Origin: Phoronis australis
Lineage: Eukaryota; Animalia; Phoronida
Reading direction: 5' to 3'
DNA length: 64,000 bases
Assembly (NCBI GenBank): GCA_002633005.1
Contig: NMRA01000073.1
Span: forward strand, 520,150-584,149
Shown here: piece by piece, positions 40,899-53,097 of the stretch
How positions within the stretch are numbered: the first letter of the stretch is position 1
Layout of the letters: each line of letters opens with the position of its first letter
The notes under the pieces: model-generated
The model's database searches: none
What the model was told of the DNA's origin: nothing
The model's input: the letters and a program-made list of their open reading frames with translations, nothing else
Program-made: the position numbers and the translations under genes

Positions 40899-42120
40899 TG
40901 GTTGGGACAAATGCGATGTTTCATGACCCACAACACAGGCAGAGCGACAGGTGCAATGGTTATTTAAATAGTTAAATGGTCTTGCATGAAGACCATGATG
41001 TTCATATCTGTCATACCGCCAACAGGGAGTTGCTACGAAATAATAATCACTGGTCACTCGGCATACAATACAGATGTAGACACGGCTAACTCATTTTGGC
41101 TTATCAGCCATTATCCCGGGGCGCAAAGACCCTATATTTGGTCAGTGAAGTGCCGCTGGACCTCGAAATTGGCGACCATTTTGATACCTTGCATTTCCAT
41201 GGTTTAAAAGTTCGTTCTAGATTATCAGTATCTGGATCAACAAGGTACGCCTGAGCTAGTTTTCAGAGTCCGTCATTGCTAATTCGTTTGCAATATTGTC
41301 TAAAATCATGGTTCATAGAGCACTACACTGTTGATTTCAAGTTTGACAGTATGTTGGCTTTTTCTGTGGCTCAGGAACTCGTAGGGACCGAACAGACTGT
41401 TGAACTGTTGAAATTGTTTTTTAATTGAGTAGACAAACGTTTGTAATAAAAAAGTTGATTTGCTGTGTTGCGTATTGTCTAGTTCAATATTGAGTTCTGC
41501 GATAACTGTAAGCAAGATAGGTATGAGATGGATTTAGTTTCAACAAAATTTGAATTGGCATAATTTATGATTTCTTGTGTTATACATGCGTATACATATG
41601 ATGATGCGGTAAATATAAGCAAGTTACACGTACGTGTGAGATGGTTCTTAAGAGTCAACGATTCGTTACTTTCAGAAGGTTAGACCTATCGACAATAGCT
41701 TCCATTTTTGAAGGTGTGCTGACCATGGCGTCGAAGTGCCATGTTTTAACCGCCTGTTTATCACAGATGCAATCAGGTTGTGTATAGTTGCCAGTACGAC
41801 AGTACTGATAATCATTATGTATGAGACTTGTTATTATTGAGTGATATGATGTTACTGTATATAAGAGTTTTATCTTTTTTGCAAAATAAATATTCAATAA
41901 ATACTATTGACGCTTCATTGCAAACATTCACATCTGGTATCAAAATTGGATATATACATAAAAAGTGTAGCATTGGAACTAACTGTTTGAATTCGTCATG
42001 AGCAATTATTTATTATATGACCTCAAGGGAGAACGGGATAAAGCACAATGAATAAGTGATAATAGACAAATTAAAATTAAATTAAAGGGCTCTGACGATT
42101 CAAACTCGTTGAGAGAAGGG

Positions 42121-42407
42121 CCCAGACGGATCAATGACAGATAACACTTTCCAAATTGTGCCTCGCGGTACAGTTACACCATTTGCTACGCACTTGATGC
42201 ATAAATGAATAACCGTGCATCTGACCTGAACCCGCAAAAAGTTCTTCAACCATTTCATCAAAATCAGACATATTTTTACGGCGCAGAAGTCCGTAAGTCG
42301 CCAAAAACACGTCACAATTGCTTTGTGCTTAGTGACGCTCCAAAACGACGCATAGGTACCGTTGTTATTTCATTTTGAGTCTGTCGTAGCTTGAATAAGT
42401 CGACCAG
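42121..42407 (-). pseudogene. N-terminal relic of an IS3EU-type (integrase-core) transposase
   Basis: LVDLFKLRQTQNEITTVPMRRFGASLSTKQL*RVLATYGLLRRKNMSDFDEMVEELFAGSGQMHGYSFMH/KCVANGVTVPRGTIWKVLSVIDPSG (one stop, one frameshift) fits the GLxRRK...GSGxxHGYRxMH...LDPxG pattern. Confidence 0.7.
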
Positions 42408-42459
42408 ATGCTTGTTTCGGTCCTCTTTTAATTTGAAACCAAAGTAGCAACCTCGACAT

Positions 42460-43105
42460 CATAACTCTATCAATAGAGCCAATAAGTCTATCGATAGAGT
42501 TAACAAGTCTATCGATAGAGTAAATAATAAATAAGTCTATCGATAGAGTTAGTAAGTCTATCGATAGAGTTAGTAATTCTAACGAAAAAGTTAAGAAGTC
42601 TATCGATAGAGTTAGTAAGTCTATCGATAGAGATACTAAGTCTATCGAAAGAGTTAATAAGTCTATCTATAGAGATAGTAAGTCTATCGAAAGTGTTAAT
42701 AAGTCTATCGATAGAGATATTATGTCTATCGATAGAGTTAACAAGTCTATCGATAGAGTAAATAATAAATAAGTCTATCGATAGAGTTAGTAAGTCTATC
42801 GATAGAGTTAGTAATTCTAACGAAAAAGTTAAGAAGTATATCGATAGAGTTAGTAAGTCTATCGATAGAGATACTAAGTCTATCGAAAGAGTTAATCAGT
42901 CTATCTATAGAGATAGTAAGTCTATCGATAGAGTTAGTAAGTCTATCGACAGAGATACTAAGTCTATCGATAGAGATGATAAGTCTATCAATAGAGTTAG
43001 TAGCTCTATCGCTAGAGTTAATAAGTCTATCGGAAGGGATAGTAAGTCTACCGATAGAGATAATAAGTTTATCGCTAGAATGAATAAGTCTATCGATAGA
43101 GTTAG
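42460..43105 (-). repeat. 21-bp minisatellite array 3, ~30 units, inverted, with a 238-bp higher-order duplication
   Basis: The variant taaataataaataag recurs at 42521 and 42759. Confidence 0.95.
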
Positions 43106-43851
43106 CAACGGAAAAAAGTTACCATGTCGTCCTTTTACAGCCACCAAAGCAGCTCTGTTTATCACAAAGTAACAGAATACAATTCGGCTACAGGCTGTTC
43201 AGTGTATAACATAGATGGATTAAACTCTGTCATGTCTGCATTTCGTGATCCCTTCTCAATTACTTTTGGAACTAACGGGTTGGCATACATATGAATTGGA
43301 TATATTTGATTTCGTTTTGAAAGAATATTTACACATTGCCCACCTAACGGATTGCATTTTCTAATAAAGTATCTTTGCTTTTCCAGTTACAATCTGTTTT
43401 CTATATGATTTTTGGCCTTAGTTGAAAAAATTATTTACAATTGTACGTTTAAAGTAAACAAACTTTAGGTAACCCTTTTAGAGTCAAACATAATTTTCAT
43501 AATTCTGATGGTGTGTTACCTTTCAAAGATGGCTATTCTATGCACATGTTCATTTTACGTTTCTTTTTCCGTTGTCATAACATAACTGAACGTTAGTTTT
43601 GCCAACTTCACGACTGCACCGCAGTTGGAATTGTCATTGGAAATAGGGACATATTTCCACCCCCGTATCTTAGTAAAGAAAACAACCTGAGGAAAATATT
43701 CTCTGGGTAACACTTGTTCCCGGGGTCATCATGTTAATGATCCAATTTCACAAAAATTGGTTGACATGTGCTTCGTTCCTGAAAATAACCCTATTGCGTG
43801 ATTTTCTCAGACACCACCTCTTAAATCTACAGATAATCAAATAATTCAAAC

Positions 43852-44054
43852 CTTGTTAAAGGTTCTTGTCATGTAACACACATAATTATTCACAGACCTC
43901 AGTTTTACTCCATTTTCAGCACTCGTAAGCTTCACATTGTCTAAAACGTGCAGTTCATAAAATCTTGAAGACAACGGCTTCCACGTCCTGACCTTCTCCT
44001 TTATTACTTTAACCGGTTTGCCAGGCAACACCATCTCAAGAGCCAGCTTCGAAA
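43852..44054 (-). CDS. Candidate downstream exon of the lectin-like locus (weak C-type-lectin resemblance)
   Basis: ttttcaag| acceptor, phase 1, compatible with the exon ending at 48026. Open frame SKLALEMVLPGKPV...NNYVCYM; similarity is weak. Confidence 0.3.
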
Positions 44055-44938
44055 CTTGAAAACAGAATTTTAAATCAACTTGACAAGTACTCACGTATCA
44101 TCCAATACACGTCAAGCTCTTAAATAGAATTGAAGGATCAACGGGGCGCTTCTCACAAAACGCATTATAATGGAAATAATGTAGCAGAATATAAGGAAAA
44201 CACTTGTTCACTGTGTTAGCCCTAAACGACTTAAATTCCGTTGACATCTTTAGGGAACCGTAAACGGTCTTACCAGTTGTATTTCACATATTTTTACCTT
44301 TTTCTAACACCGACGAATCAATCTGTCATCTTGTAATCTCAATTTTTGTCCTAATGAGGTCATGTTGTGACCCTAATGCTAGCCAATCAGCCACGCGAAT
44401 GCTTTAGTTCACGAGTTTAATACTAGGTAAAAATGAAAAGGGCGAGTGGTAAGCGACTAGTAAAAAGACGAACATTCGAGGGCTTGATTGGCGTGCAGTT
44501 ATATTTGCCGTATTATTTCAATAGATAAATTTGTTCAAGCCATCGTTATTTCGACGTGTGCACGTTAGTATTTGACACTCACTGGAGTTTGATATGTATG
44601 ACACTAAATTCTCCGCTCCCAATGCACGGACTACCAACCCTGTTTAAAGATGAAATTGCACGCTCTTAACTATGTTAATGCAAAGCAGGAACCAAGTGGC
44701 AATGTTACTTTAACATTATCTACGCTAAACAAAGTGCAGTTATATTCATTGACAACTTAAAAATGTGAAAACAAAAAACTGCACTAATGACGTACCTTGC
44801 GGGTTCACATAGCCCGAATCATGGAGTGTTATTGCCCACGTGACCATACGTAATGGACACGGTTCAGCGATTTTTAGGGGATCATTTCAGCACGAAACTC
44901 GTTCTTAAAAACATTTGACAATTTTCAACTTCATATCG

Positions 44939-45176
44939 CATGCGCGCACCCAGGGGGGCTCTAACGAGCCCTTCCAATTGGCGAAGGGGGCAAAATTGTC
45001 CGCCCTCGAGAGGCAAAAAGTCTGAGAAAAAATGGGACAAAAGTCCACTAAATAAGGGCAAACGCGCAATTCACAGAGGTACTCTCGTTTTTTTAGTCTG
45101 CCCGCTCTTTTGTTAGCAAATAGTCCACAACGTCGAGAATTCGAGCCTCAAATATCGAAGGCTGGGTGCGCGTATG
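44939..45176 (+). mobile_element. MITE family A nested in an older repeat
   Basis: tatcg|catgcgcgcacccag...ctgggtgcgcgtatg|catcg; the flanks are contiguous in the paralogous copy at 18.7-19.0 kb. Confidence 0.85.
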
Positions 45177-45823
45177 CATCGTCGCTATATGTTGTGTTTC
45201 TCATTAACTTCACAAATCACAGAGATAAGGAATTATCCTGCAAGTTCCACTTGAAGGGCACTTCTCCATAATTTTAAATATTAAACTTGACCACTTGAAG
45301 GAGTTCCGATGTTCAAGGTCCCATAAAAGACTTTTTTGCAATTCTGCTTTCATCCATTAGAACTAAATGATTCCAGAGCCTTAGCATATTTTCATGTTGT
45401 TTGTAATGTGAATTTGGCCAACCCGAGTCGCCATAAAGTACTGCATTGGCAGCTTACTTGTGGACCCCTAAACATTTACGCAATGCTCTCGTTCTGATCA
45501 TTTCGCATTTGGAGTATTGATAATAACCCCAAATTTCAGATCCATATTCTAGAATTGAAGCTACGGACATTTCAAAACATTTACTGTAACTGTTGAAACC
45601 CATGTTACCAATAATTATGTTTGTACTTGCTCACCACAGAGCTCCCAATTCTCTGGATGCGGAGCCTGCTAGTACTTCACCCCTCCCAAATTCAAAAAGA
45701 CATGCCAAATTAGAGAACGTGTAGCTTATCGAAGCCACAGCTTGGAAAAATTATTCATTTAACTTTTTGCATGAAAAATATATGTAGAGTGCTGCAAAGC
45801 TCGTAAAGCAAATGTGTTCCATC

Positions 45824-46072
45824 AATGAGCGCACCCAAGGGGGCTTCGGGGGCTCGAACGAGCCCCTTATTTGGCGAAGTGGGTAAAAAGGTCCGCCTTA
45901 GAGAAACAAAAACTCCGATGAAACTAAGAAACGAGACAAAAGTCCACTTAAAAGGCATGAACTACTAAAATTGCACAATTCATAACTCTGAACATACCCC
46001 GTGAATCTTAGTAAAAGCTCCACTTTCTCAAAAATTGAGCCTCCCATATTTTTAGGGCTCGATGCCCTCATG
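45824..46072 (+). mobile_element. MITE family A, diverged copy
   Basis: atgagcgcacccaagggggcttcgggggctcgaacgagcccc...gatgccctcatg. Confidence 0.75.
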
Positions 46073-47091
46073 CAATATAATATTTATGAACAAGGAGAAA
46101 TATAATATTCTTTTTTAGTTAACAATCATAAAAATTGGATTTCCTTGTTTTGTTCTTCCTATAGACCTAATTCACGCCGACAGGAGGAGCGTTCCAAAAC
46201 GAGGCTCGCTACGATAGCTCTGTTTGCTTATCGCCTAGTTTTATTACGCGTTGCTCGAACGGCGATAGAAAATATACCGACACCCAACTGTCTGTTTTAC
46301 AATCCATCAGGACGTTTCGGAAGCGACGAAGGAAAGTGTTTCCGTGTAAAATTTATAAATGTTTCGAAAAGTTAGGTCATATTTTGTCGCATCTCGGTTG
46401 CCGAGCAACGACCGGTGAATCTTCGGCCAGCCAGGCTGTGTTTTCATGACTACGGGTTGAAACATGAGGCATTTTTCTTTCCAAATGGACAGGGCACTCA
46501 AGCCCTCGCTTTTGGGGCCGAATATTAGCCCTCTCAAAGATAATGAAAAATCTCGAAATTACCCCAACGAGGCCTAAAAAATTCCCCTAGTGATTGAAAA
46601 TATCCCTCCGAAGGTCAAATTACCTGTAACCACACAGGTGACAATTTGAAAGGAGCACAAATTGCTATTTGAGACAGAGCTTATGAGAGCTTGCAACAGG
46701 ACGGGGGTGCTAATGATTGTGATCGGCAGATAGATTTTTCCCCTCACTCGGCGAAAAAATTCCTCCCGTCAGACACAGGCACATTTCCCCTCGGATAAAT
46801 GAGGCCCCTGAGAAAACATAACTATGCTTGCTCTGTCCAGTTAACTGAAATTGAGCTCTAAAACGAGGTTATGCTTTGGACAGACAAATTAGTTGTTTTA
46901 ATTTTAAAATTCAACTTGGTCCAGATTGATATTTGAAACCTAACACATGAAATAGACATAAGAACTATTAAAACCACGAAAGCAGAATTGATGGTCAAAT
47001 AATTTTTATTTTCAATTATGAACCTGGTTTTTTATTTTAATAAAATATATTTAATAACACCAATTATTCTTGCAGATCAGTGACAAATCAG

Positions 47092-47343
47092 CAGTAGCGG
47101 ATTTAGGGGGGGGGGGGGGCAAGGGGTCATGGCCCCCCATAAAATTTTACCAGATACCATTTGGGAGTTCGGGTGCGCGCAAGCAGGGCTCGTCGGGGGG
47201 TGAATAAACAATGCGTAGGCCCTGAGCAAACTGAACAAATCCCGTTTACCGTTTTTTTTAGTCAACGGGTGCGCGCATCTGCCGAAATTCTGGCTATTCC
47301 CGTGCCCTAGCCCCCCTAACGCAAAATCCTGGATCCGCCCCAG
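47092..47343 (+). mobile_element. MITE family B (CAGTGGCGGATTTAGG...GGATCCGCCCCTG type)
   Basis: GC-rich TIRs; homologous to the inverted copy at 55574-55864. Confidence 0.8.
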
Positions 47344-48025
47344 AATCAACAGTTAGTCCCGGTAGTCCCACTTCACTACCAGGACCTAGTAGGCTATGCT
47401 TGATGTTAATATTCTTGATCACCAAATTAAACCAGATGTGACTTGCACATGACAGCAAAATGCGATGAGCCACAACTGTCGAATATATCTTCAACTCGTC
47501 AAAAATACGAGATGACCTGGTTCGCGTAGAAAGCATTTTTATCAATAATCTACAAGAAGAAACAGCATAATACCTAATCTGTTAAACGATTGCCGCAATT
47601 TGGTCATATTTACTTTTCATGTTTCGAACCTAGTTTTCCGAAAAAAGTAAAACCCTTTCAACAGACAAATCTTTAGTACATTGACTTGTTCTCAAATGTA
47701 TTTTCATATGTCTCTGTTGTTAATTATTGACACATTTTTAAGATTTAAGATCCAGATTGGACTCGAAAGTCCAGCCATTTAACTCATGCAATGTCAACTT
47801 CCGCTTTGTTTATCGCAGTGAGCCTCGCTTTGGGTTTTGAAGTTTGCCGCGTGAATTAGGTCTATACAAATGTGTTCAATATAACATTTAAGAACAAAGG
47901 AAAATAATATATTAGTTTTTTAGTTAATAATGATAAAAATTGTATTTCCTTGTTCTGTCCTTCCTGTACTGGCTTGGTATTATGGCTACTAATAACACCC
48001 ATTTGACATGTGCACAACTACTTAC

Positions 48026-48250
48026 GAGACAGTACAAAACCGAAAACTTGTACGTCACACAGCGTCAGAGTCTCCGATTTACCAGGAATCTGTATGTACA
48101 AATAACGTCCATACACCGGATGAGGGCTACATCTAACTGTTACTCTGGCACCGGCGGCAACTGAACCCTTGTGAGTGTTGCACAGCTGATGTGAAGCGGA
48201 TGGACTAGAGGTGTTGGTCACCTTAACGTTAAAGTCGTGGAGACGTTCAC
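48026..48250 (-). CDS. Exon encoding the C-terminal half of an F-type lectin (fucolectin/tachylectin-4/FTP) domain
   Basis: ttgcag| acceptor and |gtaagt donor; 225 nt, phase 1-1, open. ERLHDFNVKVTN...LCNTHKG...VRC...GRYLYIQIPGKSETLTLCDVQVFG is a classical FTP signature. Confidence 0.88.
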
Positions 48251-48599
48251 CTGCAATAACATGACACTACGTTGGTGATTTCAGTGAAATGCTCTGATAC
48301 AACAGCGGTGAAAGAGATTTTACTCACAACGGGTTAGGGACTGCTGTCATAAACTAGCTCAATGCTCCCGTCTTTAAAAATAGATGCTGGGAGTTGGTAC
48401 GTTGGTCGGGACGACAGTCCTCAGCTTGCTCTGCTTTTGGCTCCAGTTTGTGTACTTTTAAATTTACATTAATGTAAGTCACTTTTTGAATTTGACATAA
48501 TCTTTTCAAGTTATTTGTCCACGTGTACTTTACTTATCATAACACTTTTGGTAATTTAATTGTACATCTCTGTTTGTGTTTTAACTGTATGTTAATATT

Positions 48600-48960
48600 T
48601 TCGACCACGCCCAGTTAAAACATTGGCAGCAACAAGGATGACAATAATGACGACGCGGACAAATACCTCGGAGACTACGACATCGCCGGCGACACTGTCA
48701 AAAAAAACCGACAATGCGTCAGCAACAAAACTAAGAAAATCGCCGAAGACTGCAAAGCCGCACCCAACACCGATAACAATAACGACGTCGATCGTGTCAC
48801 AAGACACCAACCAGGTCAAAGACTATGATACCGCTAAAATGAATCGTTATCATTGTCTTCGTCGTCATCATAACCATCACCATCCCCACCATCATCAGTT
48901 ATTGATGATGAAGTCGATAAATAAACAAAAACCTGAACACGGGCTGCCAATCGACAAGAA
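48600..48960. repeat. Cryptic (GAC/AAC/CAT)n low-complexity tract
   Basis: Triplet-rich degenerate sequence; a similar tract lies at 51480-51930. Confidence 0.6.
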
Positions 48961-50764
48961 TACGAGGGAGGAATAGTCAATAAAAATAGTTGTCCACGCA
49001 AATAACTCAAGACCGGAGAGTTTAGTGAAAAACAGACAATTGTTTCGTGTAGTACTTGGCGATCTTCATCCACATATTAGTTTTATAAAGATCCGTCAGA
49101 GGACGTCTTCATAGCTCAAGTCATATTCAAATAAAATGCAACTGTTCTCGAGACTATAAAAATTCAAAAATTGCGCGCAAATTTAAAGTCAATAGAAAGA
49201 AAAACATGGTACGTTACATGCAAACGATAGAAGGGTCAAGAACTGTTGTTTTTCAATCCTGAGGCAACTACCTCGTGCCATATTACGCACCAGGGTCGGA
49301 CCTTTTAGTCAGATTCCAATTTGGCAAAAACGACCTTCGAGGGCATTTGGGGGGTAAAGATGCCCTGAAATATTTGAGCTCACTAAATTTTCAATGTAGC
49401 GTGCGATATCATGTGACCTTTTTGCCAGACCTTAACCTCCAGTTACAAAAATGGTATCAGAATCTATACTACCTCAAAACCCATAGTTTGTTGTATCATA
49501 CTCATTTTAAAAGGCATTTATTGGGATTTGTCAATTACAATATGGCCGTTGGCGGCCATCCTGGATTTGAGGGTTATGCCGGCATAATCCAGCGAGGCAT
49601 ACAAGTTTTTTGGATTCTGCATTCCAAAATTAGTTCAAAATCAATCAAAATCAAATACCCTCGACACCATTTTCTTAGGCCTTTTTTTGAAAATTGGAAC
49701 CCCACTATAAGCCAATCTCAAATGCCTCGAGAACGGTAAGTCATACCAAGAAACGGATGCCACACGTACTCCATGACTTCAGAAATAAACTAGCCAAACT
49801 GCCAAACCTGGAAAATCATATTACAAGAATTGTTCATCAGTTTATTTTATTTTTTGTAGAATTTATGTTGGAACATAGCGTGACGATATTGCGCCTAAGA
49901 ACTAAATTTTTGTGTACGTAACCGACTTGCGTAATAAGATTTCGTGATTTCGACAATGTGGATGGATCAAATGAGTCGAGATTTTGTCAAAATTTAGCAA
50001 CACTTAAAATGAATTCAAGTCGAAAATAACTGGATATTAAGTTCCAGATTTGTCTGCCGAAGCAATGTCGAATTTTGACATTTGTCCAGTTTACTTGGAC
50101 ACTACTATGGGACGAGAAATACACCAATAAAAGAGTCATCAGAAATTCCGGTGTACTCGAGCAGTAAGTCGTAGTAAGAAACAGATGAATCTCTCCAAAT
50201 ATTCCTCGCCTATATTTATCACCATTTCAGAAGATTCTCTAAAGCGACCGTGGATTTAGAGCTCAGCAAAAGATTAGTCGAAAAATGACCACCACACCGC
50301 CGTTTTGCATCATATTTCGCTACGAGAAACGTGCCTATGACAGACCAACAAAAGACCAGCGAGCAATAGGTCAATAAAAGAAGTCGACAAATCAGCAAAT
50401 CTCGTGTAACACGAGAACGGCCAGTCGGAGCGAAAAAACGGATTGCATATCCTGAGATACCACTTGATAAGACTTATTAACATAGGAATTTCATAAGTCC
50501 TCGTCAAAGGACCGCGTAGCTAGAGCTCCGCGAAAGGAAAATGGCAATCACAGCGCCATCTGTAGTCCAATTTTGCCAAAAATGTAGGCCTCAAAATTTT
50601 AACAAGATTATGGTGGGTGTAAGTTTCACGTGTATCAGACGAAAATGTGATCTGCCACGTTCGCATTATAGATCAACAAAAAACTGTGTCTTTAAACCAC
50701 AGATCAGCCAAGCTTATATAACTCGAGAACGGCAAGTCGGGTGGTATGAACGAATAGTGTAAGT

Positions 50765-51480
50765 AAAAACGTGGAGTTTCGACCATGTTCTAAGGCCGTC
50801 TCCTGGCTAAAAGACAAATTGTGTCCTTCACCGCTGGTGTCACATGGAAGTCTGGAGACACCTTACGTCCCAGTGGCAAATATCAGTTGAAACGCAGTCT
50901 GCCAAACCTGTTTAGATATAGTTTTCGACTCTTCCTTCTCCCCTTTCCTGAACAACTCGGTCACTATTCTAATATTTTGACATCTTCAAAATCACAATGG
51001 TGATCTATGTTGTCAAGGTGAGTATACAGGTGAGTCCTAAGTATTCTCATAACTGGGACGGCGGTACTGGTAAAGTCACCCCCGTAATTAGCCTTACAAC
51101 CCTCCTCACTACAATCGATCCCGTCTGCACCTGAAGACTTTCGTTCCTGAGGAGTGCAGTCTTTAACATGATCTAAACGTAGGCGCATGATTTTCAACGG
51201 CTTATGGATCACCCTGATCCCAACTCCTGGAAACCTATGTAATAAACTCTATGCATAGGGTATGCTGAATTGTGCTTACGTGCTTTTCCTGCTATGAGTG
51301 TCGCTGTGATTGGTTCAGGAAAGGTGTTAAAGAAGTGATGCATGAGACAATCGAGAAATCATCTCTAAATAGGCTTGATGGTCTGCGTTTCAACTTACCT
51401 CACATCTGGGACTGGGTCGTAGGGCACTTTCCGTGTATGAATAACACAGCATGTCATTCAGTCAGCAGATGAAACCAAAA
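50765..51480 (-). mobile_element. Penelope-like retroelement relic (GIY-YIG endonuclease) with an inverted pLTR copy
   Basis: Minus strand: GIRVIHKPLKIMRLRLDHVKD...IDCSEEGCKANYGG...HLDNIDHHCDFEDVKIL...LNRFGRLRFN. Plus strand 51295-51420: DWFRKGVKE...SLNRLDGLRFNLPHIWD. Confidence 0.8.
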
Positions 51481-51930
51481 GCTCCCACGAATACGAAGAC
51501 GACATCAACGACAACTAAGACAACGCCGATGACGCTGGTATTGCCGTCAGCAATTTAATGATGCATACCACAATGCATTTACAGAGACAAGACTGCCGAT
51601 CAACGAAGTCGCAGTCAGTGACAGCGACGCCGCCTACACCGACGATGACAATGGCTATAATTCCGCTATTGCCGACAACAGCAACGCTCCGCGAGCCAAC
51701 AACAGTTCCGAACCAGGTAACAGCATTAATGGTGTTAACACTGAATCCAATGACGTACAATGACGAAAGCTACAGAGACGCCGGCACTGCCACTGATGAG
51801 ATGAGAGCGCACCTGGCGCCCATATAAATAAGCCATTGTCACTCCAGACGACCGTTCGGCAATCAAGGTGCCGATAACGACGACCTTGAAGCAAACGACA
51901 CCAATGCCAAAGGCGGCGCCGTTGGAAACC
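51480..51930. repeat. Cryptic (GAC/ACG)n low-complexity tract
   Basis: Degenerate triplet repeats that produce spurious T/V-rich ORFs. Confidence 0.6.
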
Positions 51931-53097
51931 ATACCTCACCGGTGCACCCCCCTTTGAAAATTGGATGTCACACACGATGACGTGATTGTTCCAAAATTTT
52001 AAAACAATTACTGTTTTNCCTGGTAAAATTTTCTGTTTGTTACTAAAGTGACACCTCATCATTAAATAAACAAACACTAGCTTTAGTATGATTTCTTCGT
52101 GCTTCCCAGCACATTTTTCCAGACAGTCACCCGTGTCCGCTGACTAACATTTAGCAACAATGACGTTCTTAGAACAAACGTCTCAAAAACTTTGCAATGT
52201 GTAGAGTACCTGAGTTACACAGTCAAAATTCCAAGCCCTATAGTTTTCATATTTTTAATTAGTTGTTTAAATGTTGATTCATTTCAATACAATTGTCGAC
52301 AAATGCCTTACACCATATAATAATCTTTTTAAAATGTATTCATACTCACTCAAGAACAACGTCAACTCGGAAGTTACTGTCACGAAGGGCAGTCAGTAAC
52401 AACTTTGGGCGTGATCGTGATGGTGTTAGCAAATATGATGGGGGTGATAACGCTTGTGATGATGGGCAGTATACATGTATGTCTATCGGAAATTCAGCAG
52501 AAAATGCACAAAATGACCCGATACGTGCAACAGATGGGCTGGGATTCAAACTTATTTGGATACACAAATCGTACACTTAAATTTGCATTGTCTAGTTCTA
52601 GTTATTTATGTCAGACATAATTCCGTGCAAACAAAACGTAAACAAACTCCACGACAAAGCTACACACTTGACGAAATTCACCAAGTAAAACCAAAAAATG
52701 ACAACAAAGCAACGTACGAGGAAAAATTTCATTTCGCCAAGTATGAGACAAACTCGCTGGGCGGCAAAAGGGCACACTTTGCTTTCACCAACCAATTAGA
52801 TTGAAACCGTAGAACAGCAATAATATGCGCTGGTACGCGCAAAGTATTAAAACAAAAACCGTAGAACTCAAGTCCTCTACACTGGTACGCGTAGATTAAC
52901 AAGCATTATAGACAGTACTTAATGACTACAAAGTATTATGCCATACGTATTCCCAGGCACTCACACATAAACTCTGGGGCTCTATAAAGTTTTCAGTGAT
53001 TTATGAGTAAAATGAACGTAGGAGTCAACCAGTGTTGCAACTTTATATTTTGCATTCTTTGAAAAGCGAATTTTCTCAAATTCAAAGTCTTGAAAAA

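Larger units (their letters stand above)
39485..43148 (-). mobile_element. Decayed IS3EU-like DNA transposon with minisatellite-containing inverted ends
   Basis: Termini tacagtggctgtaaaaggac / gtccttttacagccaccaaa, inverted 21-bp arrays inside both ends, and a transposase N-terminal relic at 42121-42407. No TSD recovered. Confidence 0.65.

Noticed and set aside
39533-43105. CRISPR-like arrays (palindromic repeats in three blocks)
   Set aside because: The units are contiguous 21-mers with no unique spacers, there are no cas genes, and the context is eukaryotic. They are transposon minisatellites. The SIDR/SIE-repeat ORFs are translation artefacts of a period divisible by 3.
48592-51932. Mucin-like Thr-rich or Val-rich membrane ORFs (48.6 and 51.5 kb)
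   Set aside because: They derive from degenerate triplet repeats, are open in several frames and have no splice support.
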